A stretch of 64,000 nucleotides of DNA from an uncultured Pseudomonadota bacterium (GCA_903834835.1 CAILKO010000052.1:90-64089); one strand, 5' to 3'; numbered from the stretch's first letter, positions 36,754 to 46,863 are shown. Numbers and translations are program-made. Notes: generated by a model not told the origin, from the letters alone.

Positions 36754-37887
36754 TCAGCGCAGCATTCTGCGCGCGAGCGCGCCGCCCGCGACCATCAGCG
36801 CCGCGCTCAGCAGGTAAACCGGAAAGAGCCCGATCGCCGCGGCAAGCGCGCCGAACACCGGCGGGCCGGCGCTGCGCATGCCCGCATTGGCCGAATTGCG
36901 CAGCCCGAGAAACTGGTTGGCGCGCGCCTCCGAGAGCCGCGCATAGGCGAGCAGCACGCTCAGGGGGTTGCCCGCGGCGCAGGCGAAGCCGTAGAGGAAG
37001 GAGGCTGCCGAGAGCACCCATGGGTTCGTGCTGAAGGGCACGATCGCGAAGGCAACGCCGATCAGCATCATGCCGATGGAAAGCACGCCCGCCTCGCCGA
37101 TCCGTCGCACGAGGCGCGTGAGCACGAGGGGCAGCGCGAGCTGACCAAGCGCCGAAGCGGAGACGATGCTGCCGATCACCGAGGCGGAGAGCCCCGCCGC
37201 GTGACCGTAGAGCGGCATGAAGAACGGGAAGAGTTCCATCGAGGCCGAGATCATGCTCGTCACCACGATGAGCCGGCGCACCGCCGGATCGCGCAGCGAT
37301 TCGGCGAGCGCGGGCGCGGGTTCCCCCCGGGGCGCCTGGCGGCGCAGCAGCGCCGCGCCGAGCACGGGCAACAGCACGCAGGCCGCGGCGAAGGGCAGCA
37401 GCGCGAGACCCGCGGCCGCCGCGCCCAGCCAGTCCACCGCCACGCCGCCGATCAGCGGTCCCACAAGCAGGCTGCTCGCGGCGAAGAACGCGTAGACGGA
37501 CATGCTGCGCGCGCGCCTGTCGATGCCTGAGAGTTCGGCGACGAGCTTCTGCGTGGGCTGGAAGGCGAGCACGTTCCACAGACCGAACAACAGCGCGCCG
37601 GCGTAGAGCACAGGCAGGCTCGGCCACAGCCAGGGCAGCAGAAAGCCTGCGACCCCGAGCACGCCACCCGCGATCAGGAGCGGCCGGCTGCCCCAGCGCT
37701 CGAGCGCCGTGGCGACCGGAATCGACAGGAGCAGCATCGGAAACTGCATGCCGGCGATGATGAGCCCTACATCGAGCGCATCCGCGCCGAGGTCGAGCGC
37801 GAGCAGCGAGTACACCACGCGCGAGCCGACGATCGGGACATAGGCGAGCGTCATCCACGCCACGACGAAGCGGATCTCGCGGTTCAT
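36754..37887 (-). CDS. MFS transporter (paralog group A)
   Basis: ALERWG, PLYGHAAGLSASVIG and FLGLRNSAN. Start MNREIR. Confidence 0.85.
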   Translation of the reverse strand: MNREIRFVVAWMTLAYVPIVGSRVVYSLLALDLGADALDVGLIIAGMQFPMLLLSIPVATALERWGSRPLLIAGGVLGVAGFLLPWLWPSLPVLYAGALLFGLWNVLAFQPTQKLVAELSGIDRRARSMSVYAFFAASSLLVGPLIGGVAVDWLGAAAAGLALLPFAAACVLLPVLGAALLRRQAPRGEPAPALAESLRDPAVRRLIVVTSMISASMELFPFFMPLYGHAAGLSASVIGSIVSASALGQLALPLVLTRLVRRIGEAGVLSIGMMLIGVAFAIVPFSTNPWVLSAASFLYGFACAAGNPLSVLLAYARLSEARANQFLGLRNSANAGMRSAGPPVFGALAAAIGLFPVYLLSAALMVAGGALARRMLR

Positions 37888-38030
37888 CGCGCGGCTATTC
37901 GGATGGCGGCTGCGCACACGGGCGCGCTGTGCAACGGCAGGGGCATGCTCCGATGGTAGCCCGCCACCGTGCCGCGCGGCGCGCTCGCTCGCGCAGCGAA
38001 ACGTGACGCGCGCGGCTTGCGCGGACCGCG

Positions 38031-38062
38031 AAAAAAAATGCCGCACCCGGAGGTGCGGCATT
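38031..38062 (-). terminator. Rho-independent terminator after the third dctP
   Basis: AATGCCGCACC-cgga-GGTGCGGCATT hairpin with an A8 run (U-tract on the minus strand). Confidence 0.85.
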
Positions 38063-38091
38063 CTTCCGGCGCGCCGGTCGGCGCGCGCGGC

Positions 38092-39108
38092 TTACTTGCG
38101 GTACTTGCGCGCGGTGGCGACGATCGCTTCGTAGTCTTCCTTCAGCTTCGGATCGGCCGCGAACATCGGCGGCAGCACCGAGGTGGCTTCCGCGATATAG
38201 CGCTTCGTCTCCGCGGGCGACATGCGGATGATCTCGCCGCCATTCGAGCGCCAGAGCGCGCGCACGCGCTCGAGATCGGGCAATGCGCCGGTGGTGTAGA
38301 CCTCCTCGGCCCTGCGCGCCTCAGCCCTCACCATGGCGTCGAGCTCCGGCCCGTAGGAGGCGAGCGTCTTCGGGTTGGTGATCACGGCGGATACGAGGAA
38401 GCTCCCCGGCAGTTCGGTCACCGGCTTGGCGATGTCCCAGTACTTGAACGCGGTCATGATGCTGAAGCCGGACATCATGCCGTCCACGCCCTTGTTCTGC
38501 ATCGCGGGCAGCACTTCGTTCAGCGGCATCGTGAGCGGCGAGGCACCGAGCTTCTTGAACGGCTCGATATGCATCGGCGCACCGCCCGGTGCGCGCAGGC
38601 GCTTGCCCTTCAAATCATCCACCGTACGGATCGCCTGATGCGAGAGCAGCATCAGCGGACCGTTCACGAACGTGAACAGCGCCTCCAGATTCTTCGCCTG
38701 GCCCATGGTGGAGATGCGCTTGCGCAGATCCGGGTCGCGCAGCGTGGCGAATGCATGCGGCACGTCATCGAACAGACCCGGCGCGTCGAACACGACGAAG
38801 CGCGGATCCAGCCCGACCAGAAAGCCCATGGCCGGCTGGTCGAGATCGACCGTGCCGAGGGTCACGCCCTCGACCGTGCGCGGCAGCGGTCCGAGCTGTC
38901 CCGCCGGGAAGATGTCGACCTTGATGCGGCCGTTCGAGCGCGCCTCGATGCCGGCCTTGAACACCTTGAACCATTCGTGGTTGATGTCGTTCAGGCTGAC
39001 GGTCGAGGCCTTCATGGTGATGACCTTCTGCTGGGCCTGCGCGATGCCGGCACCGAAGGCGAGCGCGACGGCGAGCGCGCCGGCGGCAATTCGTTTCACT
39101 CTGGTCAT
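38092..39108 (-). CDS. dctP: TRAP transporter substrate-binding protein
   Basis: Signal peptide, GRIKVDIFPAGQLG, DLKGKRLR and LGASPLTMPLNEV. Confidence 0.9.
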   Translation of the reverse strand: MTRVKRIAAGALAVALAFGAGIAQAQQKVITMKASTVSLNDINHEWFKVFKAGIEARSNGRIKVDIFPAGQLGPLPRTVEGVTLGTVDLDQPAMGFLVGLDPRFVVFDAPGLFDDVPHAFATLRDPDLRKRISTMGQAKNLEALFTFVNGPLMLLSHQAIRTVDDLKGKRLRAPGGAPMHIEPFKKLGASPLTMPLNEVLPAMQNKGVDGMMSGFSIMTAFKYWDIAKPVTELPGSFLVSAVITNPKTLASYGPELDAMVRAEARRAEEVYTTGALPDLERVRALWRSNGGEIIRMSPAETKRYIAEATSVLPPMFAADPKLKEDYEAIVATARKYRK

Positions 39109-39160
39109 GCTCCCTCCTCAGGGATTTTGTCGAGCGCGTAAGTTACCCGATGTACCGCAC

Positions 39161-39189
39161 AAAAAAAAGCCGCGCCCGAGGGCGCGGCT
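39161..39189 (-). terminator. Rho-independent terminator after the second dctP
   Basis: A8 followed by the GCCGCGCC-cgag-GGCGCGGC hairpin. Confidence 0.85.
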
Positions 39190-39209
39190 CTTCATACGCC
39201 CGCAAGGGC

Positions 39210-40229
39210 CTACTTGCGGTACTTCTTCGCGGTGGCCACGAAGGACTCGTAGTCGTCCCTAAGCTGCGGATCGGCCGCCATCAGCGCGGGCAGCACCGAG
39301 GAGGCCTCGGTCACATAGCGCCTCGATTCCGTGGCGGACATACGGATGATCTCGCCGCCGTTCGTGCGCCAGACGTTGCGCACCTTCTCCAGTTCGGCCA
39401 GGCCGGTGTTGGTGTAGATGTCCTCGGCCTTGCGCAGCTCGGCGCGCACCATGCCCTCGAGCTCGGGCCCGTAGGAGGCGAGCGTCTTCGGGTTGGTGAT
39501 CACCGCGCCCACCAGGAAGCTGCCCGGGAGCTCCGTCACCGTCTTGGCGATGTCCCAGTACTTGAACGCGGTCATGATGCTGAAGCCCGACATCAGGCCG
39601 TCGATACCCTTGTTCTGCATCGCAGGCATGGCTTCATTCAGCGGCATGGTGAGCGGCAGGGCGCCCAGCTTCTTGAACGGCTCGATATGCATCGGCGCGC
39701 CGCCCGGGGCGCGCAGGCGCTTGCCCTTCAGGTCGTCGACCGTACGGATTGCCTGGTGCGAGAGCAGCATCAGCGGGCCGTTCACGAGGATGTAGGTCGC
39801 CTCCAGGTTCTTGGAGGCGCCCATGGTCGAGATGCGCTTGCGCAGCGTCTCGTCCTTCAGGCTCGCGACCGCGTGCGGCTGGTCGTCGAACATGCCCGGC
39901 GCATCGAACACGACGAAGCGCTTGTCCAGGCCGACGAGGAAGCCGATCGCGGGCTGGTCGAGATCGATGGTGCCGAGCGTCACGCCCTCGATGGTGCGCG
40001 GCAGCGGCCCCAGCTGGCTGGCCGGGAAGATGTCGACCTTGATGCGGCCGTTCGATTTCGCCTCGATGCCTGCCTTGAAGAGCTTGAAGTACTCGTGGTT
40101 GATGTCATTCAGGCCGACCGACGAGGCCTTCATCGTGATGACCTTCTGCTGCGCCTGGGCGGCGGTGAAACCGGCCGCGAGCGCCAGCGCGAGCACACCG
40201 CGCGCTGCCGTTTTCAGGTTGAATTTCAT
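39210..40229 (-). CDS. dctP: TRAP transporter substrate-binding protein
   Basis: Start MKFNLKTAA; close paralog of the flanking dctP genes. Confidence 0.9.
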   Translation of the reverse strand: MKFNLKTAARGVLALALAAGFTAAQAQQKVITMKASSVGLNDINHEYFKLFKAGIEAKSNGRIKVDIFPASQLGPLPRTIEGVTLGTIDLDQPAIGFLVGLDKRFVVFDAPGMFDDQPHAVASLKDETLRKRISTMGASKNLEATYILVNGPLMLLSHQAIRTVDDLKGKRLRAPGGAPMHIEPFKKLGALPLTMPLNEAMPAMQNKGIDGLMSGFSIMTAFKYWDIAKTVTELPGSFLVGAVITNPKTLASYGPELEGMVRAELRKAEDIYTNTGLAELEKVRNVWRTNGGEIIRMSATESRRYVTEASSVLPALMAADPQLRDDYESFVATAKKYRK

Positions 40230-40355
40230 GGGATCTCCTGGTTGATGAATGCTGCTTGTCGGCTGCTTGCCGGCCGCTTGTCCGCCTTCTGCCGACCGTG
40301 GCGCACGCGATGTTACTTGATGCGCCGCCCTGTGGGTACCGGACTGATACCGGTG

Positions 40356-40385
40356 AAAAAAAACCGCGCCTGAGGCGCGGCTTTT
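40356..40385 (-). terminator. Rho-independent terminator after the first dctP
   Basis: A8 followed by the CCGCGCC-tga-GGCGCGG hairpin. Confidence 0.8.
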
Positions 40386-40407
40386 CCCCGCCGGATCGGG
40401 CCCTGCT

Positions 40408-41430
40408 CTATTTCCGCTGCCTGCGGGCCGCGGCAACGATCACGTCGTAGTCTTCCTTCAGCCTCGGGTCGGCCGCGAGCATCGCAGGCAGCACCGAGGT
40501 CGCCTCGCCGACGTAACGCTTCTGCTCGGCGGGCGCGAGGCGGATCACTTCGCCGCCGTTCTGGCGCCAGAGGCTGTAGTGCTTCTCGAGATCGGTCACG
40601 CCGTAGGTGGTGTAGACCGTCTCCAGACGGCGGACTTCGCCGCGCACCAGGGCTTCCAGCTCCGGACCGAAGGACTTGAAGGTGTTGCGGTTGATGATGT
40701 TCGCGCCGACCAGGTAGGACCCCGGCACTTCGGTGACGGGCTTCGCGATATCCCAGTACTTGAACGCGGTGATGATGTTGAAGCCGGACATCATGCCGTC
40801 CAGACCCTTGTTCTGCATCGCGGGCAGGACTTCATTCAGCGGCATGGTGAGCGGCGAGGCGCCGAGCTTGCGCAGCGGCTCGATGTGCATCGGCGCGCCG
40901 CCCGGCGCGCGCAGGCGCTTGCCCTTGAAGTCATCCACGGTGCGCACCGCGTTGTGCGAGAGCAGCATCAGCGGACCGCTGAAGGTGACGAAGATTGCCT
41001 CGAAGTTCTTGGCCGCGCCCATGGTCTCGATGCGCTTGCGCACCTCGGGATCGCGCAGGGTCGCCCAGCCGTGCTCCACGCTGTCGAAGAGGCCGGGCGC
41101 ATCGAACACGATGAAGCGCGGATCCAGACCGACGAGGAAGCCGATCGCAGGCTGGTCCATGTCGATGGTGCCGAGCGTGACGCCCTCGATGGTGCGCGGC
41201 AGCGGCCCGAGCTGGGCGGCCGGGAAGATGTCGGCCTTGATGCGGCCGTTCGATTTCGATTCCAGCCCGGCCTTCAGCTGGCGGTAGAACTCGTGGTTGG
41301 TGTCGTTAAGCGCCGGCGTGGAGAACTTCAGCGTGAACACCTTCTGCTGCGCCTGGATGCCGGTGGAAAATCCCGCCGCCAGGGCCAGGGCGAGAACACC
41401 GCGCGCGGCGGTCCGCAGGTTGAATTTCAT
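40408..41430 (-). CDS. dctP: TRAP transporter substrate-binding protein
   Basis: Start MKFNLRTAA; same motifs as its paralogs. Confidence 0.9.
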   Translation of the reverse strand: MKFNLRTAARGVLALALAAGFSTGIQAQQKVFTLKFSTPALNDTNHEFYRQLKAGLESKSNGRIKADIFPAAQLGPLPRTIEGVTLGTIDMDQPAIGFLVGLDPRFIVFDAPGLFDSVEHGWATLRDPEVRKRIETMGAAKNFEAIFVTFSGPLMLLSHNAVRTVDDFKGKRLRAPGGAPMHIEPLRKLGASPLTMPLNEVLPAMQNKGLDGMMSGFNIITAFKYWDIAKPVTEVPGSYLVGANIINRNTFKSFGPELEALVRGEVRRLETVYTTYGVTDLEKHYSLWRQNGGEVIRLAPAEQKRYVGEATSVLPAMLAADPRLKEDYDVIVAAARRQRK

Positions 41431-41508
41431 GAAAGTTCCTTTCGAGGATCGTGTTTGCAAGTAACGCGCGATGCGCATGCAAGGTTTACGTCAGCCCGGA
41501 AATCCCGG

Positions 41509-42783
41509 TCAGAACAGCAGGCGCACGCCGACCAGTGCAATATCGGGCACGTAGGTGATCAGGATAAGCGCGACCAGGTAGATCGCGAGGAAGGGCATGA
41601 TCCCGCGGATGATCGTGTTCAGCGGGAACTTCAGCACCGCCTGGGCGACGAAGATGTTGATGCCGAAGGGCGGATGGAACATGCCGATCGCGAGGTTCAC
41701 CGTCACGACGATGCCGAAATGCACCGTGTCCACGCCTGCCGCCTTGATGATCGGCACGAGCAGCGGCGTGAGCATCACGATCGCCGAGAGCGGATCGACG
41801 AAACAGCCGACCGCCAGCAGCAGCACGTTGATGAAGGCGAGCACCGCGAACTTTCCGAGCTCCATCGACTGCATCCAGTCGACGATCGCCGCGGGCACCT
41901 GGTTAACGGTGAGCAGCCACGAGAACACGTTCGCGCAGGTCACGATGATGAACACCTGTGCCGTGAGCCGCGCGGTACGCGAGGCGGCTTCCAGCACCTC
42001 GCCCCAGCCGATATCCTTGTAGATGAGGCGCGTGACGATGACCGCGTAGACGCAGGCGACCGAGGCGGATTCGGTCGGCGAGAAGATGCCGCCGTAGACG
42101 CCCCCGAGGATCACGATAGGCGCGCCGAGCGCCCAGATGCCGCGCACCGCGCCCGCCCACAGCGCCTTGCCGTCGAAGGGCGCGCCGCGGTCGATGTTGC
42201 GCGACCAGCCGTAGTACATCACGTACAGGCCGAGCATCACCGCGATCAGCAGGCCCGGTCCGAGGCCGGCAGCGTAGAGCTTGGGCACCGACTCCTGTGC
42301 CGTGGCCCCGTACAGGATCATGACGATGGAAGGCGGAATGATCGAATCGATCGCCCCCACCGAGCAGATGAGGCCGGCGATGAAGTGCTCCGGGTATTTC
42401 TTCGCCCGCATCGGCGGCACCATGATCTGACCGATGGTCGCGACCGTGGCGGTGCTTGCCCCGGATATCGCGCCGAAGAAGGTGGAGGCTGCGACCGACG
42501 TCACGCCCAGGCTTCCCGGGACGCGCCCGATCGCCGCCTGCATCGGCACCACGAGACGCTGCGCCATCGAGCCGCGCCCCATGATTTCGCCCGCATAGAG
42601 GAAGAACGGCACCGCAAGCAGCGTGAATGCGTCGACCGCGCCGTACATGTTCTGGTGCAGCGCCGCGAACGGCAGGTTCATGTAGAAGACGAGGCACACT
42701 GTCACCGAGGTGAGCAGGACGACAAAGATCGGGAAACCGAGCAGCAGCAGGATGACCGGGAGTATGCCAAGGGCGAAGCTCAT
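41509..42783 (-). CDS. dctM: TRAP transporter large permease
   Basis: 424 aa with LLAVPFFLYAGEIM, FGAISGAS, IIPPSI, GIFSPTES and HPPFGINIF. Confidence 0.92.
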   Translation of the reverse strand: MSFALGILPVILLLLGFPIFVVLLTSVTVCLVFYMNLPFAALHQNMYGAVDAFTLLAVPFFLYAGEIMGRGSMAQRLVVPMQAAIGRVPGSLGVTSVAASTFFGAISGASTATVATIGQIMVPPMRAKKYPEHFIAGLICSVGAIDSIIPPSIVMILYGATAQESVPKLYAAGLGPGLLIAVMLGLYVMYYGWSRNIDRGAPFDGKALWAGAVRGIWALGAPIVILGGVYGGIFSPTESASVACVYAVIVTRLIYKDIGWGEVLEAASRTARLTAQVFIIVTCANVFSWLLTVNQVPAAIVDWMQSMELGKFAVLAFINVLLLAVGCFVDPLSAIVMLTPLLVPIIKAAGVDTVHFGIVVTVNLAIGMFHPPFGINIFVAQAVLKFPLNTIIRGIMPFLAIYLVALILITYVPDIALVGVRLLF

Positions 42784-43274
42784 GGCTTGCCTCCGCGCAG
42801 CGCGTGACGAATCAGGATGATCATGATCAGCACGTAGCCGACCGCGACCGAGGAATGCGGAATCACCATCGGAATCTGGCCTACGGTGCTGCTCGTACCG
42901 AGCTGGCTGAGTGCGTAGTTGGACGACACCCAGATCACGAAGCTCGTGAGACCGATCATGAGCAGCAACTCGATCCAGCGCAGCGTGCCCACCAGCCAGG
43001 CCGGGAACACTTTGACAAGCGCGTCCATGCGCAGGTTCTCGCCGCGCAGCATGACCGCGGACGCACCGAGAAAGGTCATCCAGACCATGGTGAATATCTG
43101 CACTTCATAGGCGCCGAGCATGGTCTTCGAGAATACGAAGCGCCCGACCACGTTGATGAAGTTCAGACAGACGATGAAGATGAGCGCTGCACCGAGCACC
43201 TTCTCCAGCACCGAGATAGCCCTGTGGACGAACGCGTCCATGCCGTCCAGGGCGGACTTGCTGTTCTCACTCAC
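42780..43274 (-). CDS. dctQ: TRAP transporter small permease
   Basis: Four TM segments with NVVGRFVF and VWMTFLGA. GTG start after a GAGGAGG RBS; overlaps the dctM start. Confidence 0.85.
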   Translation of the reverse strand: MSENSKSALDGMDAFVHRAISVLEKVLGAALIFIVCLNFINVVGRFVFSKTMLGAYEVQIFTMVWMTFLGASAVMLRGENLRMDALVKVFPAWLVGTLRWIELLLMIGLTSFVIWVSSNYALSQLGTSSTVGQIPMVIPHSSVAVGYVLIMIILIRHALRGGKP

Positions 43275-43539
43275 TCGTCTTCCTCCTCGCGCGGACGCGG
43301 CCGGCACCCCTGCCGCCGCAGTCCCGCACTGATGAACCGGCTCTTTTGAAGTCTTCTTATCGTGTTGTTGTGGTGACTGATTCGCGCCCGCAGTCAGCCG
43401 ACGCGGGCGGGAGAATACACCTAACGGGAGCCCGCCGGGACCGGCAACGCTGTGCCGGGTCCCTGTTGCGTCATGCACCGACTTGCCCGGCACCCCAGGC
43501 ACCATTTACGTGCAGCGGGCACGACGAGGGCGATCCGCA

Positions 43540-44670
43540 CTAGCCGGACTTCCAGCGCCAGCCGAGCGCAGCCATCAGCGCGCCGATGCCGAGCAGCACC
43601 GGCGCGATCCCCAGGGCGCTCGCGGCCGGGCCGAGCAGCGCGGGCGCTGCAACCTTGGTCAGGCTGCTGGCGAGGAGCCTCAGGCCCATGGCCGCGCCTT
43701 CCGCGCCCTTCTGCGCGCGCCGGAAGGTGAGCATCGTGGTGAGCGGCTGGCCGCCTCCGATACCCAGGCCGTAGAGCACCGACACGGCGAGGATCGTCCA
43801 GAAGCCCTGGAAGGCAGGCAGCAGCGCGAAGCTGGCCCCGGTCAGCAGCAGGGACGCGGCGAGCAGTCGCGCCTCGCCGTAACGCGCCACCAGTCGCGGC
43901 AGCACGAAGCAGACCCCGATCGCGGAAACCGAGGCCACCGATACCAGGATGCCGATCTCGGAGGGCGAGAAGCCGAGCCCGTGGCCGTAGATCGGCAGGA
44001 AGAAACCGTACATGTCGAGTCCGACCTGCAGCACGCCGGTCGCCAGCAGCACGCCGAGCATGCGCGGCACGGCGAGGGTCGCGCGCAGCCCCGGACGCGG
44101 GCCCTCGGTGCGCGGAAGCTCCGGGACGAATCGTTTCCAGAGCCCGAGGAGGCAAAGCGTGGCGAGCGCGGCAATGCCGAAGAGCAGGAATGCGCCCGCG
44201 TAGCCCGCGCCTTCGATGCCATAGCCCGCGAGCAACGGCCCGAGAAATCCGGTGAGCCAGGCGAGTATGTTGTAGAGGCTGAAATTGCGCGCCACATCGG
44301 TCGGCTCGCTCAGCATCCCGACCAGGCTCTGTGTGGGCGGCAACACGCAGAGCGTCCAGGTGCCGCTCAGGAGCGCCGCGAGATAGAGCATGCCGATGCC
44401 TGGAAAGAACCAGGGCAGCAGCATGCTCAGCCCGCCTGCGATCGCGCCGAGCGCCATCACGCGCCGGTAACCGAATCGCGCCTGGATCACGCCGACGTTG
44501 TAGGAGGCGAGCGTGGGCATATGGTTCACCGCCGAGATCAGGCCCGCGTCGAGCGCGCTGCCTCCCAGTTCGAGCACGTAGAGCGGAAACGCCACGCGCG
44601 AAGCCATGATGCCGATAAATGGAACGAACAACAGGCTGCTGATGTAGAGCACGCGCGGCGAGATGCGCAT
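43540..44670 (-). CDS. MFS transporter (distant member of group A)
   Basis: Start MRISPR, with VARNFSLY and FFLPIYGHGLGFSPSEIG; hydrophobic. Confidence 0.82.
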   Translation of the reverse strand: MRISPRVLYISSLLFVPFIGIMASRVAFPLYVLELGGSALDAGLISAVNHMPTLASYNVGVIQARFGYRRVMALGAIAGGLSMLLPWFFPGIGMLYLAALLSGTWTLCVLPPTQSLVGMLSEPTDVARNFSLYNILAWLTGFLGPLLAGYGIEGAGYAGAFLLFGIAALATLCLLGLWKRFVPELPRTEGPRPGLRATLAVPRMLGVLLATGVLQVGLDMYGFFLPIYGHGLGFSPSEIGILVSVASVSAIGVCFVLPRLVARYGEARLLAASLLLTGASFALLPAFQGFWTILAVSVLYGLGIGGGQPLTTMLTFRRAQKGAEGAAMGLRLLASSLTKVAAPALLGPAASALGIAPVLLGIGALMAALGWRWKSG

Positions 44671-44795
44671 CGCGGTCCTCCGCCAGGGGGGGGGTCGGGT
44701 CGCCAGGGTGCCACGGCGACAGTCGCGCACGGCGGCCGGGAGTGTCGCACGACCGCCGGCCGGCACGGGGACGGTTTCACGGCCGACCGGAATTG

Positions 44796-44817
44796 ATAGT
44801 AACGTATATGTTACTAT
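44796..44817 (+). repeat. 22-bp palindromic site copy 5 (ATAGTAAC-GTATAT-GTTACTAT)
   Basis: Perfect arms, in the divergent intergenic region between the MFS and dioxygenase genes. Confidence 0.9.
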
Positions 44818-45064
44818 TGTCGCAGAATATCCGCCATTTCCTTCCTCCGCTTCCGGCCGTCTCCTTGCCGACCTTTGATCTGCATCAAGCCCCTGTGGCC
44901 GGCCGGCCAGTACAAAGGAACCCACGGCGCACCGATGCCTGCTTCCGCGAGCGGAAGGGGGAAAGGCAGACAGCCGGAGCAGGACGGGAGCAGGGTTGCT
45001 CGGCCGATGGAAACGGCGAGACCCCGCGCACTGGCAAGGCAACGCAGGCACTCTGGAGAACACT

Positions 45065-45991
45065 ATGCATCGACACCTGAAGCTCGGCTACCTCGCACTC
45101 AACGTGACGAATATGGAAGCCTCGAAGAAGTTCTACGAATCCATGGTCGGCCTGAACCTCACGGAGATCGGTGCGAACGGCGAGCATTTCTTCCGCTGCA
45201 GCGACGACCATCACAACATCGTGCTCTACAAGAAGGACCAGGCCAGCCTGAAGCGCATCGGCTGGGAGCTGGAGAGCGAGTCCGACATGAACCAGCTCTA
45301 CAGCGCGCTCGAGCGCAGCAAGGTCAAGGTCCGCGAGGTGGATGCCGCGGAGCGCGCCTTCCTGCACCAGGGCCGCACCATCCGCTTCGAGGATCCGTTC
45401 AGCGGCGCGGTGCACGAGTACTACACCGACCAGCGGCGCCTTGGCGGCACGCCCTTCGAGCCGACGGTCGCCAAGATCCAGAAGCTCGGCCACGTCGTGC
45501 TGAAAACCCCGCGCTACGAAGACGCGCTCGCCTTCTACATGGACGTGCTCAACTTCCGTTCCTCGGATTTCGTCGAAGGCATGATCACCTTCATGCGCGC
45601 CTTCCCGATCCCCTACCACCACTCCTTCGGCCTCGCGAAAAGCGACAAGGGCGCGATGCACCACCTGAACTTCATGGTGTCCGAGGTGGACGACATCGGC
45701 AAGGGGATGTGGCGCTACAAGAAGAATGACGTCGTCGTGGTGCGCGGACCGGGTCGTCACCCCCCCTCGGGCGCGATGTTCCTGTACGCGCTCGACCCGG
45801 ACGGCCACACGGTGGAATACAGCTTCGGCATGGAAGAGTTCCCGGAAGTGAGCCCGCGCAAGCCGCGCCAGCTTCCGCCGCTTCCGGAGTCGATCGATTT
45901 CTGGGGTGCTCCGACAGACCCGCGCATGGGCGCCACCGGCAACATCGAAAAGGCCGAGGCTGCCCCGGCGAAGAAGCTGCAGCCCGCCTGA
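45065..45991 (+). CDS. VOC-family (extradiol ring-cleavage type) dioxygenase
   Basis: LGYLALNV, KLGHVVL, YHHSF, MHHLNF, GPGRH and FLYALDPDGHTVEY; His/His/Glu metal ligands. Confidence 0.85.
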   Translation: MHRHLKLGYLALNVTNMEASKKFYESMVGLNLTEIGANGEHFFRCSDDHHNIVLYKKDQASLKRIGWELESESDMNQLYSALERSKVKVREVDAAERAFLHQGRTIRFEDPFSGAVHEYYTDQRRLGGTPFEPTVAKIQKLGHVVLKTPRYEDALAFYMDVLNFRSSDFVEGMITFMRAFPIPYHHSFGLAKSDKGAMHHLNFMVSEVDDIGKGMWRYKKNDVVVVRGPGRHPPSGAMFLYALDPDGHTVEYSFGMEEFPEVSPRKPRQLPPLPESIDFWGAPTDPRMGATGNIEKAEAAPAKKLQPA

Positions 45992-46082
45992 CCGGCTCAG
46001 GGCGGCGGGGGCGCGAGCCCTCACCGCCCGCCGTTGTGCCGCGCTACCTCCCCCTCCGGCGCGGCACGACGGCACCCTACAG

Positions 46083-46107
46083 AGGCCCGCCCCGGCGCGG
46101 GCCTTTT
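46083..46107 (+). terminator. Rho-independent terminator
   Basis: AGGCCCGC...GCGGGCCT hairpin followed by a T-run. Confidence 0.65.
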
Positions 46108-46162
46108 CATTTGCGCTCTTCCGGCCCGCGCGCGCAGCTGCAGCCTCTATACTCGCGGCCCC

Positions 46163-46828
46163 ATGCCGCTGCCCGCAGGACTCCCCCTCACCATCTCGCG
46201 CGAGCAGCTGCTCGAGTTGCCGGTATGCCGCTATGAAGGCCCGGTGGTGCTGGTCGAGACGCAGGCGACGCTTGCCCGGGCCCTGGAGGCCATCCGAGCC
46301 GAGACCGCGACCGGCTTCGATACCGAGACGCGTCCTGCCTTCCGGCCGGGCGAGCGCTATCTTCCCTGCCTTGCACAGATCGCGACCGCGCATGCGGTGT
46401 GGCTGTTTCCGCTGGAGCGACTGGACTGTTCGGCCGTGCTGGCTGAATTCCTCGGCGCGCGCGAGATCGTCAAGGCGGGCGTCGCGCTCGCCGATGATCT
46501 GCGCCAGCTGAAGGAACGATTCCCCTTCAGCGAACACGGGATACGTGACCTAGGCGCGATCGCGCGGCGCCACGGGCTGAAACAGTCCGGGGTGCGCAAT
46601 CTGGCCGCCCTCTTCCTCGGGGTGCGCATCACCAAGGGCACCAAGACCTCCAACTGGGCGGCACGGCAGCTCAGCCCCCAGCAGGTGAGCTATGCCGCGA
46701 CCGACGCCTGGATCTGCCGCGAGCTCTGGCTGCGCTTCGAAGCGCTCGGGCTCACCGCGCACGCGGATGCCGCACCAACGCCCGCCGCGGCTTCCAGAAC
46801 GGCGCCGCTGGACCTCCCGCAGCAGTAA
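46163..46828 (+). CDS. 3'-5' exonuclease (RNase D/WRN-like DEDDy)
   Basis: GFDTET (ExoI), DDL, SNW and YAATDA (ExoIII). Confidence 0.88.
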   Translation: MPLPAGLPLTISREQLLELPVCRYEGPVVLVETQATLARALEAIRAETATGFDTETRPAFRPGERYLPCLAQIATAHAVWLFPLERLDCSAVLAEFLGAREIVKAGVALADDLRQLKERFPFSEHGIRDLGAIARRHGLKQSGVRNLAALFLGVRITKGTKTSNWAARQLSPQQVSYAATDAWICRELWLRFEALGLTAHADAAPTPAAASRTAPLDLPQQ

Positions 46829-46863
46829 GATCGCGCCTGCCCGCCATCGACCAGGAGTCCCCC

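Noticed and set aside
39138-41468. GTAAC/GTTAC half-sites upstream of the dctP genes as extra copies of the 22-bp site
   Set aside because: They are isolated half-sites without the partner arm or correct spacing.
44686-44694. G9 homopolymer upstream of an MFS gene as a phase-variation tract
   Set aside because: It is non-coding and short, plausible by chance at this GC content, and there is no evidence of length variation.
44796-44817. The 22-bp site as a dif/XerCD site
   Set aside because: Only partial likeness to the XerD arm (TATGTTA); it lacks the 11-6-11 layout and a XerC arm.
45031-45046. Sigma-54 promoter before the dioxygenase
   Set aside because: The GG-to-GC spacing is 9 rather than 10 nt, and there is no TTGC.
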